From NCBI GenBank assembly GCA_930979925.1, contig CAKNIB010000001.1, positions 95,597-159,596 on the forward strand: a DNA stretch of 64,000 nt, in the 5' to 3' direction. Made by a program: the position numbers and the translations under genes. Every line of letters starts with the position of its first letter. Position 1 is the first letter of the stretch. A model generated the notes under the pieces. It did not search any database. It saw only the letters and a list, made by a program, of their open reading frames with translations, and was not told the origin of the DNA. This DNA comes from an uncultured Clostridia bacterium. GTDB taxonomy: Bacteria > Bacillota > Clostridia > Christensenellales > UBA1242. Positions 60,736 to 64,000 of this stretch are shown here, piece by piece.

Positions 60736-61959
60736 TTACACTACGTTTGCTGAGCACATTACAAGACCTAGCATGATAAAATATATAAAGGCTAAACCAA
60801 TTATTAGTACTATTAATAAAACGAGACTCTTTGATAGTGATGATACGAAATTTGCAATCTGTTTATTGCCAAGAGGTTCGAGTATTCCTGCAATAAGCTT
60901 TAAAGCTAGCATAAATAGAATTAGCTGGATAAGTGGTGAAAGAATGGTGGCTAGAAGTAAAAATAGTCCGGTGGCTCCAACAGCGTTTTTAATAAGGTTT
61001 GAAGAGACTAAAATAAGTCCCATACCATCACTTATATATGAGCCTAGTATTGGTATATATGACCTTATAGCATATCTAGCTGTTCTAATTGATATCCCGT
61101 CAATAGACCCAGCCGTAATACCTTGTATTGATAAAAAAGCGGTAAATACTGTAAAAATTAGCCCTATAAGCCATTTATAAGTACTATTAAAGAATGAAGT
61201 AAATTTATCTAGTTTGACATTATTTGAAAGATTTGATACCACGCTAAAAACAACTGAGAATATAAAAATTGGAAGAAGGACGTAGGTAAACAAATTCATT
61301 ATAAGTCCTGTAAGCATTGCCATTGCAGGCTGATAAACTGAGGTAGAGGTCGTCCCTCCAACCGCTGTCAAAAGAGTTAGAAGTAAAGGAAAGATTACGT
61401 CCATTTGCGACTTCATAGATTGCATGGTATTTGTAGTAAGTGTCACCATTTTGACTGTAATTGACAGCACTAAAACCACGATTACGCCGTAGGTTACAAA
61501 GTGTATTATATTTGATATCGACTTGCCATTATTGGCAGGCTTTAGACCTTGTATCATGCTACCAAGTAGCGCAACCGCAATAATGATTGAAATTATAGGC
61601 AGTAGTGATAAGATGTTTTCAAAAAATAAATTTAATAGTGCGCTCCAAAGGCTTGTACCATCTTCAAAGTTGCCATTTATTAGGTCTTGCAGTTTTCCTA
61701 TAAAAGAATTACTGCCAAATATTGCAAGTTCGCCATCTGTCAAAGAATTAAGAATGTCCTCAAGTGACGACAGATCAAGATTGCCAAGCTGATTGTCAAT
61801 TTCTTGTCCTAACTCTTCCTCTAAATCCTCTTCTATTGTTTGGCTTTCTTCTGCATAGGTGGCGGTACTTGGCAAGGTAAGAGACAAAACAAGTAATAAC
61901 AATGTTATCAAAACTAAAACTATTTTAACAGGTCTTTTTTGCTTTGAAAATTGTCTCAT
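60736..61959 (-). CDS. spoIIIAE: Stage III sporulation protein AE
   Basis: 407 aa, signal sequence and polytopic permease-like body. Operon position fits. Confidence 0.88.
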   Translation of the reverse strand: MRQFSKQKRPVKIVLVLITLLLLVLSLTLPSTATYAEESQTIEEDLEEELGQEIDNQLGNLDLSSLEDILNSLTDGELAIFGSNSFIGKLQDLINGNFEDGTSLWSALLNLFFENILSLLPIISIIIAVALLGSMIQGLKPANNGKSISNIIHFVTYGVIVVLVLSITVKMVTLTTNTMQSMKSQMDVIFPLLLTLLTAVGGTTSTSVYQPAMAMLTGLIMNLFTYVLLPIFIFSVVFSVVSNLSNNVKLDKFTSFFNSTYKWLIGLIFTVFTAFLSIQGITAGSIDGISIRTARYAIRSYIPILGSYISDGMGLILVSSNLIKNAVGATGLFLLLATILSPLIQLILFMLALKLIAGILEPLGNKQIANFVSSLSKSLVLLIVLIIGLAFIYFIMLGLVMCSANVV

Positions 61960-62345
61960 GGAAGGAGCTCCATAACTATATGAAGGATGTTTGTTATAAT
62001 CGGAAGAGCCATAACCAGTATGATTATCTTTCCGCCCAAAAGTACCTTATCGCCTAGACTGGAGTTCCCTGTGTCTGAGCATATGCCGGCTGTAAACTCT
62101 ACGAGATAGCCAACACCTATTATTTTCAAAAGAAGTGTATACAAACTAGAATTTAGACCTGTTATTCCTATTATATTTCTGAAAGTTTCAAATACGCTCG
62201 ACAAATAATTGACAACCATAAATAAGATTATCAAACCACCCACGATTGCAATTATTACTGCGAAATCCGAGCGTATAGGACGTACAATCATTGTTGCAAG
62301 ACAAGTTATAAGTCCTATCGCTATGATTTTAAAAATTATATCCAT
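61956..62345 (-). CDS. spoIIIAD: Stage III sporulation protein AD
   Basis: 129 aa, 4 TM. Operon position fits. Confidence 0.85.
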   Translation of the reverse strand: MDIIFKIIAIGLITCLATMIVRPIRSDFAVIIAIVGGLIILFMVVNYLSSVFETFRNIIGITGLNSSLYTLLLKIIGVGYLVEFTAGICSDTGNSSLGDKVLLGGKIIILVMALPIITNILHIVMELLP

Positions 62346-62351
62346 AGTCTC

Positions 62352-62546
62352 CTAAAAATTAAAAATAGTCCTGAGCGTTGTAAATAGGTCGCCAATTAAA
62401 TTGAGTACCATTATAAGAACTATCACAAGTCCTGCAAGAGTGGCTAGCGTAGAGATTTCCTCTTTTCCTGTCTGTTTAAGAATTTGACCTATTATTGCCG
62501 TTAAAAGTCCTATTGCGGCAATCTTAAATATTATTTCAACATCCAT
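62352..62546 (-). CDS. spoIIIAC: Stage III sporulation protein AC
   Basis: 64 aa, 2 TM. IFKIAAIGLLTAI. Confidence 0.85.
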   Translation of the reverse strand: MDVEIIFKIAAIGLLTAIIGQILKQTGKEEISTLATLAGLVIVLIMVLNLIGDLFTTLRTIFNF

Positions 62547-62553
62547 GTGCCAC

Positions 62554-63048
62554 CTATATAAATATCACAACTAAAAGTAGTCCTGCCACAATGCCAAGCT
62601 TTATTGAGAGAGAACCATACTTTTTGTTGTCACTGTTAACTTTCTCTGCGACGCTTTCAAATCTTGCTTGGAAGTTTTTCACCTCTTTTGATTGACTATC
62701 TACATCGCTTCTTCCTAGTGATTTAAAAAAGGTAAAAATCATGTCCTTTTCATCATCTTTTAAAAAGGTAATTCCTTTAAAAAGACTTTCTTTATCAAGC
62801 GGAGAATCACCGTCTATGAAGGCTATAAAGTTTTTATCTATCCCTTTTAAACTAGATTTATTTTTTTCATCTAAGCTCAAAAAGATGTTTTTTAAACGCT
62901 CTCGAGAAAAGTTTATTTCTATATCAAACTTTTGACACAGAAACAGCAAGGCTTGAAAAAAGTTGGCTCTTATACGATATTTTCGCGAAAACATGTAACC
63001 AATAAAAGTTGTTGCTAAGGCGAGCAAGATTAGAAAAATGTATTTCAT
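62554..63048 (-). CDS. spoIIIAB: Stage III sporulation protein AB
   Basis: 164 aa with N- and C-terminal TM helices. Operon position fits. Confidence 0.82.
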   Translation of the reverse strand: MKYIFLILLALATTFIGYMFSRKYRIRANFFQALLFLCQKFDIEINFSRERLKNIFLSLDEKNKSSLKGIDKNFIAFIDGDSPLDKESLFKGITFLKDDEKDMIFTFFKSLGRSDVDSQSKEVKNFQARFESVAEKVNSDNKKYGSLSIKLGIVAGLLLVVIFI

Positions 63049-63049
63049 G

Positions 63050-63961
63050 TTAACCTCCTAACTTGACTCTTGAAAAATTTTCATTATATATCCCTTCAAG
63101 TGTCCCTGGACCTTTTCGCATTGACAAAAGCACATATCTTTGAAATAGCTTGTCCTTTATTATCCGTTCAAAGTTCGGCTTTCGCATAAAACTTTCCATG
63201 CTATCACAGTGCACTGAAGCAAACACTGTTACGCCACAATTTATGGCGTAAATAACAGCGTCTATATCTTCTGCCTGTCCTAGCTCATCAGTAACAATTA
63301 TGTTAGGGCTAAGCGCACGAATTCCATTTTCAAAACCTATCGACTTTTTGGCAAAAGATATCTTGTCAGAAAAGTTACCAATACACCCCTCGCGTCCAAG
63401 GTCAATCTCCCCTCGCTCGTCAAGGACTAAAACATTATAGGCGTAATTTCGCTCTGACAGCTGACAAATAAAATCTCTTAAAAAGGTAGTTTTTCCAGCG
63501 CCTGGTGGAGACAATACAAGCGTGTTATAGATATCATTTTCATCAATCAAATAGTCAAAAGCAGGCAGAGAACAATTTTTGACCTCATGAGGCAATCTAA
63601 TATTTACGCTAGAAAAATTGGTCATAGTTTTTATAACCTTATTCTCTTCTATGAGGTCACCGCCTATACCCAATCTAATGCCTCCCTTAGTGACAATAAA
63701 ACCTTTCTTAATTTGCTCATTTACCGAGTATATAGAGCACTCACTGGCTCTAAAAATGATGTCCTCTACCATAACTTTAGAGGCGAAAATTGCTTCTTTC
63801 AAGTTTGAGGTTGTGCCATTATAACCCAAAAAGGTTCGCTGGCTTCCTATTAATAGAACTATTGGCTTGCCGGCACGCAACCTAATCTCATTAACAGAGT
63901 TTAAGTTGACACGTTTAGAAAGTATGTTATAAATCTCATCAGATAATATTTTTTCGAGCAT
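63050..63961 (-). CDS. spoIIIAA: Stage III sporulation protein AA (AAA+ ATPase)
   Basis: Walker A SPPGAGKTT and Walker B VLVLDE. First gene of the spoIIIA operon. Confidence 0.9.
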   Translation of the reverse strand: MLEKILSDEIYNILSKRVNLNSVNEIRLRAGKPIVLLIGSQRTFLGYNGTTSNLKEAIFASKVMVEDIIFRASECSIYSVNEQIKKGFIVTKGGIRLGIGGDLIEENKVIKTMTNFSSVNIRLPHEVKNCSLPAFDYLIDENDIYNTLVLSPPGAGKTTFLRDFICQLSERNYAYNVLVLDERGEIDLGREGCIGNFSDKISFAKKSIGFENGIRALSPNIIVTDELGQAEDIDAVIYAINCGVTVFASVHCDSMESFMRKPNFERIIKDKLFQRYVLLSMRKGPGTLEGIYNENFSRVKLGG

Positions 63962-64000
63962 TATTATCTCCTTGACGTAATGTATGACCTCACTTTTTAA

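Overview
This 64-kb window comes from a low-GC, endospore-forming Firmicute, Clostridia-like by gene content, and is mostly conserved housekeeping genes. On the + strand: dnaG-rpoD, recJ-rel-hemZ, rpsO-pnp, lysS, nth, obg-yhbY, rsfS, ywlE-rpiB, gap, tig-clpP-clpX, one tRNA-Leu, a T-box-controlled pheST, iscS-thiI and argR-recN-spoIVB. On the - strand: rny, tgt-queA-ruvBAC, yebC, infC-rpmI-rplT with an L20 leader, xseAB-nusB-asp23 and the complete spoIIIAA-AH operon. I saw no CRISPR array, IS element, prophage or rRNA. Gene polarity flips from + to - near 45.94 kb, which looks like convergence at a replication terminus. A XerS-like tyrosine recombinase sits just left of the flip. The best candidate for something undescribed is the accessory patch at 41.8-45.9 kb. 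It holds an orphan OAS/CD-NTase-like protein with a degenerate active site, about 600 bp of gene-less AT-rich DNA, a DUF45 metallohydrolase, and a divergent PadR-type regulator fused to a long disordered linker and a 4-TM anchor. A thrice-repeated decamer and a perfect palindromic operator lie in the same patch. Other items worth a second look:
- a long RSH (Rel) whose hydrolase catalytic residues are all replaced
- a tRNA-Leu that folds with anticodon AAG
- a tRNA 3'-end duplication with a structured spacer
- an orphan encapsulated-ferritin-like protein
- a recurrent 23-26 nt intergenic motif and 21-bp palindrome
- leaderless-type promoters on accessory genes

All homology statements are motif-level readings by eye, not database searches.
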